NCBI GenBank assembly: GCA_965112155.1
Contig: OZ218098.1
Length of the DNA: 64,000 nucleotides
Reading direction: 5' to 3' (one strand)
Origin: Podarcis liolepis
Taxonomy: Eukaryota
The position numbers and the translations under genes were made by a program. The notes beneath the pieces were generated by a model. The model made no database searches. It saw nothing but the letters and a program-made list of their open reading frames with translations, and was not told the origin of the DNA. Shown piece by piece: positions 42,936 to 56,371 of the stretch; position 1 is the stretch's first letter, and each line of letters opens with the position of its first letter.

Positions 42936-44209
42936 TCCTCGCCGCCGCCTGCTGCCCGGAGTTCGAGGTTCGGGAACGCAAGCGGCGGCGGGTGGCCCGG
43001 GTGTAGTAGGCGGTGCTAAAAGGAAAGAGCAGGATACGGGGGCGGGGGGGGGCATGAGTGTGTGAATCCTCGGTGGGAACAGTGCTGGCGTCAGGCTATT
43101 TTGCGCCCTTGACAAGTCTAATTACTTGCCCGCTGAAATAGAAATTGCTCACATCGGTTTTATAAAGCAGCCCTGTTTAGGGATTTTTAAAATGTTTTAT
43201 CTTTTATCGTGTTTTTAATATTCTGTTGTTGTTGTTGCTGCTGCTGTTGTTGTTAAAAAGCGATTGTCTTGCAAAAAAAATTAAAAACACAAAACTTGAA
43301 ACTGCTCATTTTATTTTAAATTGGAAGCGTAAGTGATACAACTACCTACTGTATTATTGTCTTTCTCAAATGCAAAAGAAAGTGTTTCAGTGCACAACTA
43401 ATTGTATAAAACTGCGCCCCTCAAAGGTCAGTCCTGAGTCCCTTTGAGGTCTGCACCCCCTAGGCAACTAACTGCCTGGTTGGCTTAATGATAGCAACAG
43501 CCCTGGGCAGAAAGCCTCTGAAACCTGCAATGGCACCAGGCTGTCTTATGTGTCTTCCTTTTCCCACTCTGAGCCCAGTGGATGGTGTCACGGAGAAGAG
43601 TCTGCTGCCAGACTAGTTGGCATTTCAAAATGACTTTTTCCTTCAAAGGGGGAAGACGGAGTCACAGGGGTTGAGTATTCGCCATACACATTTAAAGTGT
43701 GTTTCCCCCTCAAAGGATTCTGGGAACTCAGGTACCTATTGTCAAACTTAGAAAAAACACCAATACCCAGAATTCTCTGCAGGATAAAATGTGCTTTAAA
43801 AGTACCGGTATGTGTACACAGTTGGGTTCCTTGTGTAACCATTGTGTGCTAATCTTTACCCACAACCATCTGATTTGAATTCAGTATTGCTCAGGCCTCA
43901 CTTAAACTTTGTCTGGGTCTGTCCTAACCCTCTTTTTAAGATTCCCTTTATATTCCTTTGTATGCCAACAACAAAAGGAGGAAGTGTTGGAACAGAGAAA
44001 AGGTAGTTGGGGGGGGGGCAGGCGGCGGTTACCATACCTCCATTATCCTTTCTATGGGGATGGATAATTTGTCAGTGGTAGATGCTTTGCATGCAGAAAG
44101 TCCCAGGTTCACTCCATATGTGTTTTTTTAAAGGATCAGGTAGGTGTTGTGAAAACATTCTGCCACAGTACCTGCAAACCTACTGTTAGATCTGATATAA
44201 GACCAGTTT

Positions 44210-44557
44210 AAAGGTAAAGGGACCCCTGACCATTAGGTCCAGTCGTGACCGACTCTGAGGTTGCGGCACTCATCTTGCTTTATTGGCCGAGGGAGCCGGT
44301 GTACAGCTTCCGCGTCATGTGGCCAGCATGACTAAGCCACTTTTGGAGAACCAGAGCAGCGCATGGAAACGCCATTTATCTTCCCACTGGAGCGGTACCT
44401 ATTTATCCACTTGCACTTTGTGCTTTTGAACTGCTAGGTTGGCAGGAGCAGGGACTGAGCAACGGGAGCTCACTCCGTTGCAGGGATTCGAACTGCCAAC
44501 CTTCTGATTGGCAAGCCCTAGGCTCTGTGGTTTAACCCACAGCGCCACCCGCATCCC
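44210..44557 (-). mobile_element. Sauria SINE, full length
   Basis: Reverse-complement homologue of the copy at 35705. Confidence 0.9.
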
Positions 44558-47500
44558 AATATCACTGTGTACATGTAACTAGACGTTAAGGCTGGAACCA
44601 ATATTTATCTCTGTGGTGGAACAGAAGTAGTTTCCTTTTTAATAACAAATTGGTAGGGCAGTGAGTGGCGGTGGTGGCGAGGCAGTTAGCCTTGCTACTC
44701 CCTGCTTCCCCCCATTTAATCCAGCAAGTTTTGTGGCTCTAACTCCCTTTTTAATGTTTCTGTGTTATTTGTTTTGTGCTGTATTGTAAAAAACCCCTGA
44801 AATCTGATATGATGAAAGGTGTTGCAAAACATTTTAAATAAAGGGCTACATTAATGTGCACGTGTATTGCTGCTTCCATACTAAGTAAACTAACTATCGA
44901 ACACAGTTTGAGGAACATTTTTCATCCCGAGGGCCTCATTCCCTTTGGGGCAATCTTCCAGGGGCCACACGTCAGTGATGGGCAGGGCTAGAGGCGAAAC
45001 TGGGCAAAGCAACAGGTGTAAATTTTACCTTTGTATAGGAGGCTAGTTTCTGCACAGCCTCGCACTTCTCCATCCTGGCAAGCAAGTGGCAATATTAGAG
45101 TTACATTACACATACCAGCCAGGCATAAATACTCAAGGAGTGTGTGAAGCAGGGGTGGTGGCTGTGGAAAGTCTCAAAGTCTTGGAAGCCTTGCCACTGG
45201 CCATGCAGAAAGTTAAGCAGAGCTACCTAAGTGAGCACATCCTGGCAAGGCTGGCATGGGAAGAAATCACATGTTTCTTTTTACCCACATTAAGGCGTGA
45301 CATTATTACCATACTTCAATGGCTCATTTATGAATCAGATTTGAGTCCTACAAGTCATTTTCTGTCTCCCTGTGTTGGGCATTACAACTCATTCAAAAAA
45401 ACGGATCCGAAACACACACGCTGGAGTATACAGAACAAAACAAAAACTGCTTTAAAAATTCTTTATTTTCATAAAATGTACACATAATCAGCAAATGTTC
45501 CTATAAATTAAGCTTAGCAAGTACAGGGCAAGACTGTAGCAAACAATCCTGCTATAACAGGAATAAGAATTAATCTGCAATTTTAGTGAGTGGCTTTCAA
45601 GGAAACACACATTTTCACTTTATTGTATGAAACAAAACAAAGCAATGCAAAGTGCTGTTTTGGGCATGTGCAACAGTTACAAATGACTCAACAGTAGCTG
45701 TTCTTTAGTATTATCTTGCCAGCACCCTACATTTAGGTGGCACAAGAGCCCCTGCTTCACTTGATTTTTTCCAAGTTTTTTTGTTTCTCAAGTTTATTTA
45801 TTACTTACATTTATAAACTACTCACCATCCTGTAAGATGAACCAAGGGCAGATGATGCACAATAACACAATAAATTTAAATGTAATTAAACTGGCACTAA
45901 ACCCATAGAAACAGTCCAGTAGCACCATGAAAAAAAGCTGTACCCACTGAACGACTTCCTAATGCCTCTGTGAAGAGAAATGTTCTAAAATCTATCGTCT
46001 GCCTTCTCACCCGAGGGAGGGGGAGAGTTCCACACACAGCAGCCCCCAAAGGCGGCCTTATCTTGCATCACCACATAGCAAAGCCACACTATTTCCCCTT
46101 CTTTCCTTCCTTGATTTGTCAAGTTCCATAACAGTAGTGCAGAAACACTTTGGGAGTCACAGAAGTAAGAGACACCATTGTGGATAAAGCAACTGCTGCT
46201 TTGTCATGCTTTTTTTGCCAGGTAAGGGTAGCAGGACTAGTTACAAAGAGAATTTTACTGATACAAAAATGAACCAAGGGTCTAGAGTTATCAATGATGT
46301 GGGAGAGGAAAAGGCCTCTTACCTTTGGTGTGTCAGTTGACTTCTAAGTGGCTACAGCATGGTTCAATGTGGGTAAGTCACCTTCTGAACTTTCACTGAA
46401 ACCACTGTCTTCTATACAGTGTGAAGTAGAGTATTCTCTATTGGACTGAATCAGGGTTTCAACCCCTCTTCAGTTGCAAAGGTCATTGGAGGACCTCAGG
46501 CCAATCACACACAAAGTTTAATCTCTTGCACAGGGTGGTTCTGAAGATAAATGGAATAATCTCTGTACTCCTCAGAGGAACAGTGGGATACAAAGGTGAA
46601 GCACACATGCATATAGCGTCAAGGTAAAGGGTCCAGTTTAGTTCCTTAAGCATTTAATGAGCAAAACAATTCTTATTAGAATCCAGTTCCTATTAGAATA
46701 TATAGACTTTCCCCATGGCTTACATTTAAGATACTTTAGATATCTTAATTCTGCCACTGACTGGGAAGATCAGGAGAATGTGTGAATGCATGCACTGCAG
46801 AAAATATTCACATATGAATATTTTGCTAAGCATTTCCTGATTTTAAATTTTAGCCAGCATCTAGGAGCGGTATTTCTTCTTCTTCCTGGGACTAGAGAAG
46901 AATCGCACAACAAACAGTACTGGAAAATGTCGTATTAGTGAATTCACAGTATTTGACAGCCTCTCAGAGTATACCGAAGTATTAGAATAAAGGATAAATA
47001 ATTGAGTAAGAGGGAGAAAACTGCACCAATGAGCTGGAATATCCTTCTGGAGATAACATACAATTTCCTGAGATTACACTTTATTGTGTCCAATATAATG
47101 CAATAGAAGAAACATTACAATGGACATAGTAAGGAGTAAATTAATTGAGATTTCACTTTGCTGTTAGTTAAAAGTAGGCTAGCAAGTCATTCCCAGTTTA
47201 GTCCAGTGTATTCAATTCAGAGAGAAAATGTAAAGTGGATCAATAAAAACTGGGCAAAACAAGAAGTCAAGACTTGTGCAAAGAAGCATCACTGGGCTTT
47301 AGGGCAGATTTAGGTGCACAAATACAATGCAAATACTCAATTGAGTATGGGAACTGCCTATACTGAGGAACACCATGTGAACTGATGTAGTGATGTAAAT
47401 TTCTGCCTAGGACTTGCGCTGTCATGGCTCTTTCCCACATGCAAGCCATCACCTGATGCCGTGATCCTGGACAGACATATATGCATGTATATAAACTCTT

Positions 47501-47734
47501 TCAGCCAACTCCCCAGCCTCCAAAATTCAGCAATCTAGAAGCAATAGATTTCTGGAAAAAATGACGAGTTTAAGATTTCATTATGTTAAAATGACAAACT
47601 ACATTTTAATATTACATGCCCAAGACCCAGGCTCATATGGTTATGAGCAGCTTTTGCTGTTGTTTTCAATTAACGGCAATTTATTGTTCAGGAGTGCCTT
47701 ACCTTGTATACTCCTCCCTGGTCACTTCAATCCT

Positions 47735-47875
47735 GGGGATAGCTCAATCGGTAGAGCACGATACTCTTAATTTCAGGGTTGTGGGTTCGTGCCCCACGTT
47801 GGGCAAAAGATTCCTGCACTGCAGGGGTTGGACTTGATGCCCCTCGTGGTCTCTTCCAACTCTACAATTCTATGA
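47735..47875 (+). mobile_element. tRNA-Lys(CTT)-derived SINE with CR1-like tail
   Basis: Head close to tRNA-Lys-CTT with A and B boxes, fused to a tail ending attctatga; acceptor stem is disrupted, so not a tRNA gene. Confidence 0.85.
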
Positions 47876-50569
47876 GAGACACTCTTAGTACTGCCATGAT
47901 TCCAAGGTTCATCTTATGTTCATTTAAGTGTGGTAGCACATGGAATTAGAAATGTCCTTCCAATGAACATTTGGAAGGCCCCTAAAGTACTGACATTTAG
48001 GTGCCTGCTTAAAACTCACCAGTTCACCCGGTCTTTCTCTGAAATCTAGATATCTTGGTGTGTTCATTTGACCTACTGATTTGTGATGCATCTTTGTTTT
48101 ATGGATGTGATGTTATTGTTCGCCACCCATGTATTTTTCTTGGTGATACAGAAAATGCTAAACAAACAAACAAATGAATATTTCGTCCAAAACTGTGGTT
48201 AATTTTAAGTGTGGTTTACGGAAACAAGCCCAGTTCATGAGCCATGGCTTGAAGTTGGCTTGTTTCCTTAAACCATAACCACAGTTTATTTGGGTTCAGA
48301 CATAAAGCTAAACTGTAGTTTGTATGTTTTCAATTCTCTTTTTATCGATCACAACAGTGCTGAAGGACTATTTTGCGGATGAATCCAAAGTTTGTTCAAT
48401 TAACACTAAATTATGGTATCTGAATGAGGCCATTAGCTCTCACATTATGCTTCTTAAAGGAAGGAATTTAGAGGATAATTTCTGTTATCCTAAGCCATGT
48501 ATGTATGAGGTACATGGACTATGGCACATGTATAGGCTTTGTGTATGCCGTGATTTCACAGGAATGCACTTAGGAGCAGAATGTGGTGGTGGATACAGAA
48601 TCTGGTTGAGTGCCTTAGGTTATTTTTCAAAAAAGCAAATCTCTGGTTTTCGGGATGAAATCCCAAAAGCCAGAGACGAAGTAAGATTTTCAGAGGTTGT
48701 CGTTGGGCTCAAAACTCCTCATTCTCTTAATGGACTGGTAAAAAAAAGCAATATTATGCATAAGAAGCCATCATCATCATTATTTCTGTCTTTATTCATC
48801 AGCTTATCCCACAAAGGCTTTATGTACAATATAAAGAAGTAATTTTTTAAAAAATTACACACAATATTCTTTAGTACAGACTACACACAAACCCTGGGTA
48901 ACTGAGAGTACCTGCTACTTTGCTAGAACTGCTCTACTGTGTCTCCTGATCAACTTCTACTTCCTATGCTGCAGAAACCGATTTTAAGTTAATGTTAAAC
49001 TTCAACTCAGAAAAGGATGTTATGGAAAAATATGTTTACATCTCCATCATGTTCTGTACACCATGTTCTGTACATCCTTCTGCTTCATAACTACACCTAT
49101 GTACTTACCTTATTTGCATATGATCCCCACTGTCAGAACAGCACCCTGCCAGTCGTGATGCAGGTCAAAAAACAGACAAAATGGGTTTTTTCCATTAAAC
49201 AATATAAAGTATTTATTTTGTGGCTCCATTCAAAACACAGTAGTAGGATTTATCTGCACTATTAAATATTTTATTTTAATTGAAATTAATATATCTCCTA
49301 TGCTATATAACAGGTGTAACCTTCCTGCCCATTAGATTTAATGAAGAACCATTCTACTATAATGGAGCACTTGTTTACTGAAAGAATCAAAAGACAACTT
49401 GGGACGACATCGGCAGAGTTCACTACTGCAGCTATCAAATGTCACAATTCAGCCTAAAGCAATCCTAACGACCGCTCATTCCATTATATGTGATTTGTAA
49501 ACATAATACAGTAGTGTCTATTTTTGAAAAGAGCAGTTCCCAAAGAATGCAAGCTGCCATGGTTATTATCGATGCATTCGATCATGGACTCCCATGGTTA
49601 GTAGCAATATGCATCAAAGTATCATACACAGTGAAGTCAATGTATGGCAAAATCATCCTCATCCTCGGCATGAGGATCATCCTTGTCTTCTGCTTTCGGT
49701 CAGAGTTTTGTAATAAGGGATACAGGGTTGTATTCAAGAAAGAACTAAGGTGAACATCCCATCAGTTCAAGCATTCCTCCTTGCATAATGGGAGTTCCAC
49801 CTGTCCCTCTGTGCACCTCCTACATCTGTTCTGGAGGTTCCACAAACACTTTGGAGATTTGTGGACAGGGCAGGACAAGGCATGCACAGAGGGAGAGAGG
49901 GAGGGAAAGAATTCCTATTGTGCCAGCACAAGAATCTGAGTACTGGCCACAGTGTCCCTATGGAGGTACCATTTGTGTAGCTGGATGATGGTCACACCCA
50001 ATTTTGGAATAAGTCCCTATGCTGCAGGAGGCAGCACAATCAAGAGTGAAGCAAACTGTAACCGAATATAGAATATACACACTTAAAAGTAGTTGGGAAG
50101 AAGGTGAAGGGTGGAACCAGCATGACAAGTGAGAAAATGTAAGGGGAAGAAGTTGTAGTGTGCCTCCTCCAGCCCCAGGTAAGTAACTGTAAAATCTTTA
50201 GAAAGATTTGTAAATGTATACAGCAGTCAATGTATATTACCCTATCACATACACTCTGGCAGCTCACAACTCCCACCATTATAAAACTACAACCCCCAAA
50301 GTAATGAAAATATAGTAGAGAGAAAAAAGAAGAAACTAGAAAAAGAAACATGAGAGAGAAGGGTGTTGGGGTTGTGTTAGTGCAAATCAATAGGAGCGCT
50401 CATGCTTAAAAACTGAAATAAAACCAACTTTTCTGCCAGATTAAAACAAATTGAATGTGAAAGGCACTTTGGTCAAGTGATATGTGAGGAAAATGTTGGA
50501 TTTTTGTGTGCAAGGATACTGGTTTATCCATCTCTGTATTGCAAAAACCATTGGGAGAGGCTGTGAAAA

Positions 50570-50890
50570 CACTGGACAGGTGTCTGAAGCAGTGATGGAC
50601 TGGCTGCGAGCCAATAAACTGAGGCTGAATCCTGATAGGATGGAAACACTTGGGTGTTTTCCACGAATCAGAATTAGGTGTATACCCTTTTTCTGGGAGA
50701 CGCTGCACTCCCCCTGAAAGATCAGCCTGAGAGTGCTCCTAGCTCCCAACTTGTCTCTGAAGTCTCAACTGGCTTTTGTGGCTAGGAGTGCTGATGCCCA
50801 ACTTAGGCTGGTTTGCTGGCTTTAGCCGTTCCAGGGCTGGGATATCCTGCCCTTTGTTGTCCATGCTCCAGTGACCTCCTTGGAGTATAG
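50570..50890 (+). mobile_element. Degenerate L2-type LINE RT fragment
   Basis: EAVMDWLRANKLRLNPDRME motif followed by decayed RT sequence; similar decayed fragment at about 59690-60300. Confidence 0.6.
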
Positions 50891-53800
50891 GTGGCGGCCA
50901 TTTTAGGTGTGTTCAACTGACGCGCGATCGTTGACACGCAGGTTCTTTTGAACCCCAAAGAAGGCGGAATGAGGGAATGAGTGTTATAGACACTCTGCCA
51001 ACATGCACAAGGTTGGAATTCCCATGAGAAATGGTAGCCACTGGTACTTGACGGTCCGGGAGCTCCAGGTGGTGCAGAATGAAACTGCTACGTTAAGAAG
51101 CAGGGCAGCTGGATGGGACCGTAACAACAACAACAATAATGGTACTCAAGTGGTATGTACCAAGTCATTGATCAAAGCATTCCACCCTCATAAACACCTC
51201 ATTCCAAGCTCAAAGATCAAGGAGTCCACTAACTTTTAATACTAAGCTGATAGTAAAATGATGCAAATTGCTCTTAGTGAGGGCAACCGATGTGCCATTT
51301 ACACAAAGAATATTGCATACATTATTTAATACCTACCCTGTTTTTCAATTACAATTCTACAAAGCTGTGACAGATAATTATTCAGAAGCTGAATAATTAT
51401 CACTTTGAGGATGTCAAACATGTGGAATGAAAGCCTCCAGAAATTACTTTTGTAATTCATTAGTTTATTATTATTTTGCTACTATTCAAATAGTCATCAA
51501 TGACCCAAGTACATGGGTCCTATTGAAGTATTGGTCTAATGATGGGTGGGTATTCAAAGTGGTGCCGAAGATCTGAACAGCCTCCCAAGGGACAGCTGCC
51601 TCATCCCTCTTCTGCTTTTAGATAGACAGTGAAGATTGTTTTATTTCAACAAGCTTTTGTAGATTATTTCCCTCATTTTATTTCATCCTGTCAATGCCCT
51701 TTTAATCCATTTTCAGGACTGTTATGGTTTCATTTATTTCATCATTTTTTCTGACTATAAGTTGTCTTGAAAATCATTGTTAGAAAGGCAGGACATACAT
51801 GCTGAAAAATAAAGCCAAGGCAATGGGTCCCCCATGTGGTCTGTCCACAACTGTTCTTCAGAGGCATTCCATGGAGTCTCAAAGAAAGTAAAAGGAAAAA
51901 GAAAAGAAAACTATGAAAAAATAGGTGTCACCCTTGTTGGTCCATTGGAATATCCATTACATACTTCCAGTCATATTGGTTCAAGTAAATACTATTTCAA
52001 TTGTTCATCTCTTTCTTCCCCCTCTTGCCATCTCTCCCTTCTTGCAAAAGGGGGTGTATGGGGTGTTAGGGGAGGAGCAAGACCTGGGGGGGGGGGGAGA
52101 CATCATGCTCCATCTGGGGTAGTTTGTCCATCTTTGGTCCCCATCTTGCATTCAGCTCTCACCTGTGGCTCCTAGAAGCTGTCAGCACAAGACAGCGGCT
52201 GCACCTGGAAATGGCTTTGACTGGCCGGTTAAACCAAGTGAGGATAGCTGATGGGTCTCAAACCCTCGGTGAGTTAGGGACTTCTCCTGCATGCGAAGAC
52301 AGGTTCCAGTGGATTGGGTGGACGAGACCAACAGTGGGACCAATGGTCAAGAAGGTGGGTTCTGTATGTGATGTAGAGGGAAGTGAGGGGCAGATGGGGC
52401 TTGTCAATCTGAGAACGCAGCACATCTGGGAGAAGGAAAACACCTAAACATCAGCTGCCTTGTGGGATATCTTCAGGAGAAGAAAAGTCTAAGGAGGAAA
52501 CCCTAAACAAATCTGGAGTGGAGTCCCTAAGACAGCAGGATGGCATCTTGTATGTCTCTTTCCAGCAACTCCTGCAGCCAAGCTGGTGCCAAACATATTG
52601 CTCTGCTTTCCTTTGGACCACATAAATGAGGCCGAGAGGGGAGTCTTGTTGTCTTGGCAGCCCAGGACCTCCATACATGCAGCCCACGCTTGTGCCCTGG
52701 AGATGTCACTTTGGTGCTTTTGCAGCAGTTTGACTTCACCCTCAGGGGCGCACTCCACTATCTCGCTTGAGATACAGATGCAAACAATCACTACATATTG
52801 TATGTGTGGCAAGTTGTCCATAGGCGGTGCTATCAAACCATAGGAGTCAGGGAAAGGTGAATGAACACATAGAACAGGAATAGAAGAATTGCAACCACAA
52901 ATATATAAATGACTCCACATAATGTACCGAACTATAGTATGATGCTTGGTAGCATCAAAAGGCACCAAAGTTGTGACTGAAAATGATGGTAAACCAGCAA
53001 TTAAAGTACAGTACAATTACTTATATCCAGATATAGTATGACAGGAAGATTCAGACCTGAGTTAGACAAGATGCAGTGAGAATCCTAGGTCTTCCATTTC
53101 CCCTCCTTCGTTCTGCAAAGAGCAGTAAGCCACAACAGCCAGCTTAACTAAGTACCATGTGGAAGTAAGTTGGTTTATATATGAAAGGCATCACTACATA
53201 AAAACTCACAATTCAATCAGTCACCTCTGCAGAGTTCAAACATGAGATTCTCCTGAGCATCTTTATCTGAAAGATCCAGTTATTATTCCAGCAATGTAGG
53301 TTCCCTTTGTCTTCTCACAAAATTGTGAGTTTCATTTAGAAACAAAGAGTGCAACTCTTGAACTTCATAAGGTCACAAGAGCTTCTAATTTCCCATGTCT
53401 CCTTGTAATTACTGTGAAATGCAGGCCCACAAATAGCTTACCAAATAATAAAAAGTCACAGTGCGACAAAATAGGAAAGTATACATATGAATAAGCTTTT
53501 GTAGCCATTTAACATTCTGCACTGTATCCAAATATTCTATTGTTCATTCTGGGAACAGTTTCCAAATTATACATAATTAATCAGACTAGAAAATGTCAAG
53601 TAAACAAATATATTACAATGATAAACCATTCATTAAATACTAAACAGTGGCCCTCCTTCAATACAGCAAAAAATGCCCTCATCATTACTAATGTACCCAT
53701 GAATAAAAATAATTTGCTAGGCAATCACAAACTGATTGGCTAAGAAGAGTTAATGAAGCATCTTTCAAGACCACCACCACCCTTTTTCTAAAAGAAAACT

Positions 53801-54279
53801 AAGATAGCAATGGTCTCATTCAAACGATTTGGCACCTTCTCCATCCATATAATTCATAACACAAACCACTGAATTGGAACTCAAAAAGGACAAAAGCAGT
53901 TCATTGCATTTGTTCGTTAGCAAGCATGCAAAACGGAGCATGTAACAAGACAGAGAGAACATTGTATGTAAAGTTGCTTGACCATCCTCCTTGAGGCAAA
54001 TCATTTTCTCTCCAACATAAAATAAAGCCTTCTTCTTAGGATAGTTGAAATGGCTTTTAATCTCCATGCACACACTAATGCTTTCTGGCATTAGTGTGCA
54101 CATTTAATTTTGTGTGTGAAGAATAAAATTGTTTTGAACAGGAAGTTTATAAGGAAACACAACATGTTAATGACCAAGGGCTCCGACATTCCGCAAAGAG
54201 TTGAAGGGCTCATCTTTTTAAGCAAACCACACAAACACAAAATAGAGCAGCCTTTATAATATATGGTCGACTAAGTCAT

Positions 54280-54681
54280 TCACTAGGTTCGTAGTGAAAG
54301 TTTATTGTTCTGTTTTCTAGTACAATAAACTACAAAGTTTGTACAGTAAAAAATAATAACAGCCACAAAGCAACAATGCAATTGTAATGCTGACATTCTG
54401 CGACAGTACAGAAGAAGAAATGTCCATGGGCTCATCTTTCCACTCTACTGCACGCATAAAAGCTAGAACTACTAATTTTAACACAAAAACCTTTCACATT
54501 TAGATGCAAGCTCCATATAACTTGGGGGTGCTGGATATCACCAGGTAGAATTCCAAGGAATGCAATAGGGAAGAACACACAAAAAAATGAAGTTTCGAAA
54601 GGAAAGAACCGCACAACTCTCCAGAGGGCGAATGACAAGTTCCAGGTCACCCTGTGTTCAGTTCTCATCAAAGCAAACTGC
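54280..54681 (-). other. YLPM1: YLPM1 non-coding terminal exon (3'UTR) to the proximal AATAAA (54301-54306)
   Basis: ccttttccctgcag acceptor at 54682-54683; AU-rich UTR with TGTA motifs before AATAAA. Confidence 0.65.
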
Positions 54682-55006
54682 CTGCAGGGAAAAGGAAACT
54701 GTTACAGAAAAATAGTTAAGTTTTGGGGACTGTGAGAAAAAAGCAGACTGCTGTTCAGTAGTCAGGCTTTCCCTCAATTTTTTGAAGTGTGGCATTCCAA
54801 TTCCCTCCAGCCACCATGCACCATATAGAGGAGACTGGACATCAAATAGACATGCACAACTGACAAGTCTATCTATGCCTTCATGTCCAAATTATTAACG
54901 AGCGGAGAACGCTATCATTGTTTATTCTTTAGGTCATTCTCAAAAACTCACCAAGACACAGGAGCTCTTACCTCATAGGTAGAAAAATTCTACTTGACAA
55001 ACTGCG

Positions 55007-55153
55007 TCAGATGTACTTTGTGCGATTGAGGGCTCTCTCAGCAAAATGACCACTTTCATCGGTGATTTTCTCCCAATCAGTTTGTCCCACCACAAAACCA
55101 ATGGCCCTCTTTCTGTCTGCATCTTTTTTTTCTTCAAGGTCTGCCCACCTTAC
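55007..55153 (-). CDS. YLPM1: YLPM1 last coding exon (exon continues as UTR to 54972)
   Basis: ttcgtag acceptor; TGA at 55007-55009; GAG|gtaaga donor at 54971. Confidence 0.93.
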   Translation of the reverse strand, partial: VRWADLEEKKDADRKRAIGFVVGQTDWEKITDESGHFAERALNRTKYI

Positions 55154-56371
55154 CTACGAAGAACACAGCATTGGGATGATACTCAGTTCCAGAAAACGAA
55201 GCGAGACATTTTTGCCAATACTGCAGTTTTGCACTCAGCGAAGGTTTCAGACAACTTAGAAAAAGGGAAGGCAACTTTACTGGTTCAGCATTCTAGAATG
55301 CTCAAAGATTTGCGACCCTCACAAGTTTGCAAGTAGAATTTATTTAGTGTCATATTTATTTATTAAATTTAGATCCCACATCTTCTTCCGAAGAGCACAG
55401 GAACTAGTGCTCTGAATGTGCAAAGCAGGGAGCCTTTCACGAAGATTTTTGCCCCCTCTTCAGCAGATGTGAAACTGTTCACAAGGAATTCGCTGGGGGG
55501 AAAGAGTGAACCTGTCCCAGTTGCTGAGACGAGAGAGATGACATTCCTTGGCTCGGCTCCATTTGCGTTTAGTTTAGTAGTTCAGCAGGAAGGGGATATG
55601 TATAAAGATGCACAACCAAATGTGTGCCTTACTACTGTAAGGGAGTGCAGATGTGATTCTTCCATTTGCATGGCATTACTTTCAGTGGGATGCATGGGAC
55701 AAGGAAACTGCCAGCGCACTGTAGCAAGTTGTCCAGGCAATGAGGATGTGCTCCCTTCCCACCACAATGGATGCAGGTGCGAAAGTGAAAGCATATGTGG
55801 AAAGAAGTGCAGGGTTTTTCCCTGTGTCCTCTCCCAACACCCCCTTTCCAATGTTTGGTACAAAAAAATCAAACATCATTACAATTTGGCCTAGCACTAA
55901 GTGGAACCAATCATTCTTCAGGGAACCTCCATATTTTCCATTTCCCTAGTTATTTACTGTTTCCTCATCTTCTTACTAAGTAGCCTCTGCTTCCTTTAGC
56001 TATAAATGCGTACAACTAAGCTTTGCTATCTCCCCTGTTTTTACAGGAGCATGACGAGATACGGATTTTTAGAAGAAATTTTCAGAAAGAGAAATTGAAT
56101 CTAATGGACATTAAAATGAAAGCAATGGCCCCACAGTGCTTCCAAACATAGATTAGCTGAACCAAACATATAGTTCATGCTTTATGGAAAACCTTCTGGG
56201 TGAGACCCTCTGAGACATTAAACCAAAATTACTTTATTACCCTCTTCTTTCCAGGTTCAGAAGCACGGGTATCATAATCATCTGGAAGCTGAAGATAATC
56301 TTCCATTCTGCTGGCAATTGCTTCCCAATCACGCTTCCTCTTAGCACCAGTTCGCAAGCCATCCAATTTGT
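55007..56371 (-). CDS. YLPM1: YLP motif-containing protein 1 (ZAP3), last two coding exons 56371-56241 and 55153-55007; upstream exons not found in the window
   Basis: DKLDGLRTGAKRKRDWEAIASRMEDYLQLPDDYDTRASEPGKKR|VRWADLEEKKDADRKRAIGFVVGQTDWEKITDESGHFAERALNRTKYI*; the RVRW PP1-docking motif spans the junction. Confidence 0.95.
56241..56371 (-). CDS. YLPM1: YLPM1 penultimate coding exon
   Basis: ttctcag acceptor; AGG|gtaata donor. Confidence 0.93.

Noticed and set aside
38918-43115. Repeated ORFs such as MLSASTGPGPPSS and GAEFGSCMQMRH
   Set aside because: They are translations of the triplicated U1 promoters, and several run through Ns.
47735-47805. Apparent tRNA-Lys(CTT) gene
   Set aside because: The acceptor stem is broken, it runs directly into a CR1-like SINE tail with no oligo-T terminator, and dispersed copies occur at 5836 and 3705, so it is a SINE head.
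49630-49700. Acidic peptide-like stretch on the minus strand (AEDKDDPHAEDEDDFAIH)
   Set aside because: There is an in-frame stop immediately upstream, no convincing acceptor and no recognisable homology.
52124-53016. Cluster of 60-175 aa ORFs downstream of YLPM1
   Set aside because: I could not recognise any domain or consistent exon structure; a translated database search would be needed to exclude a decayed element.
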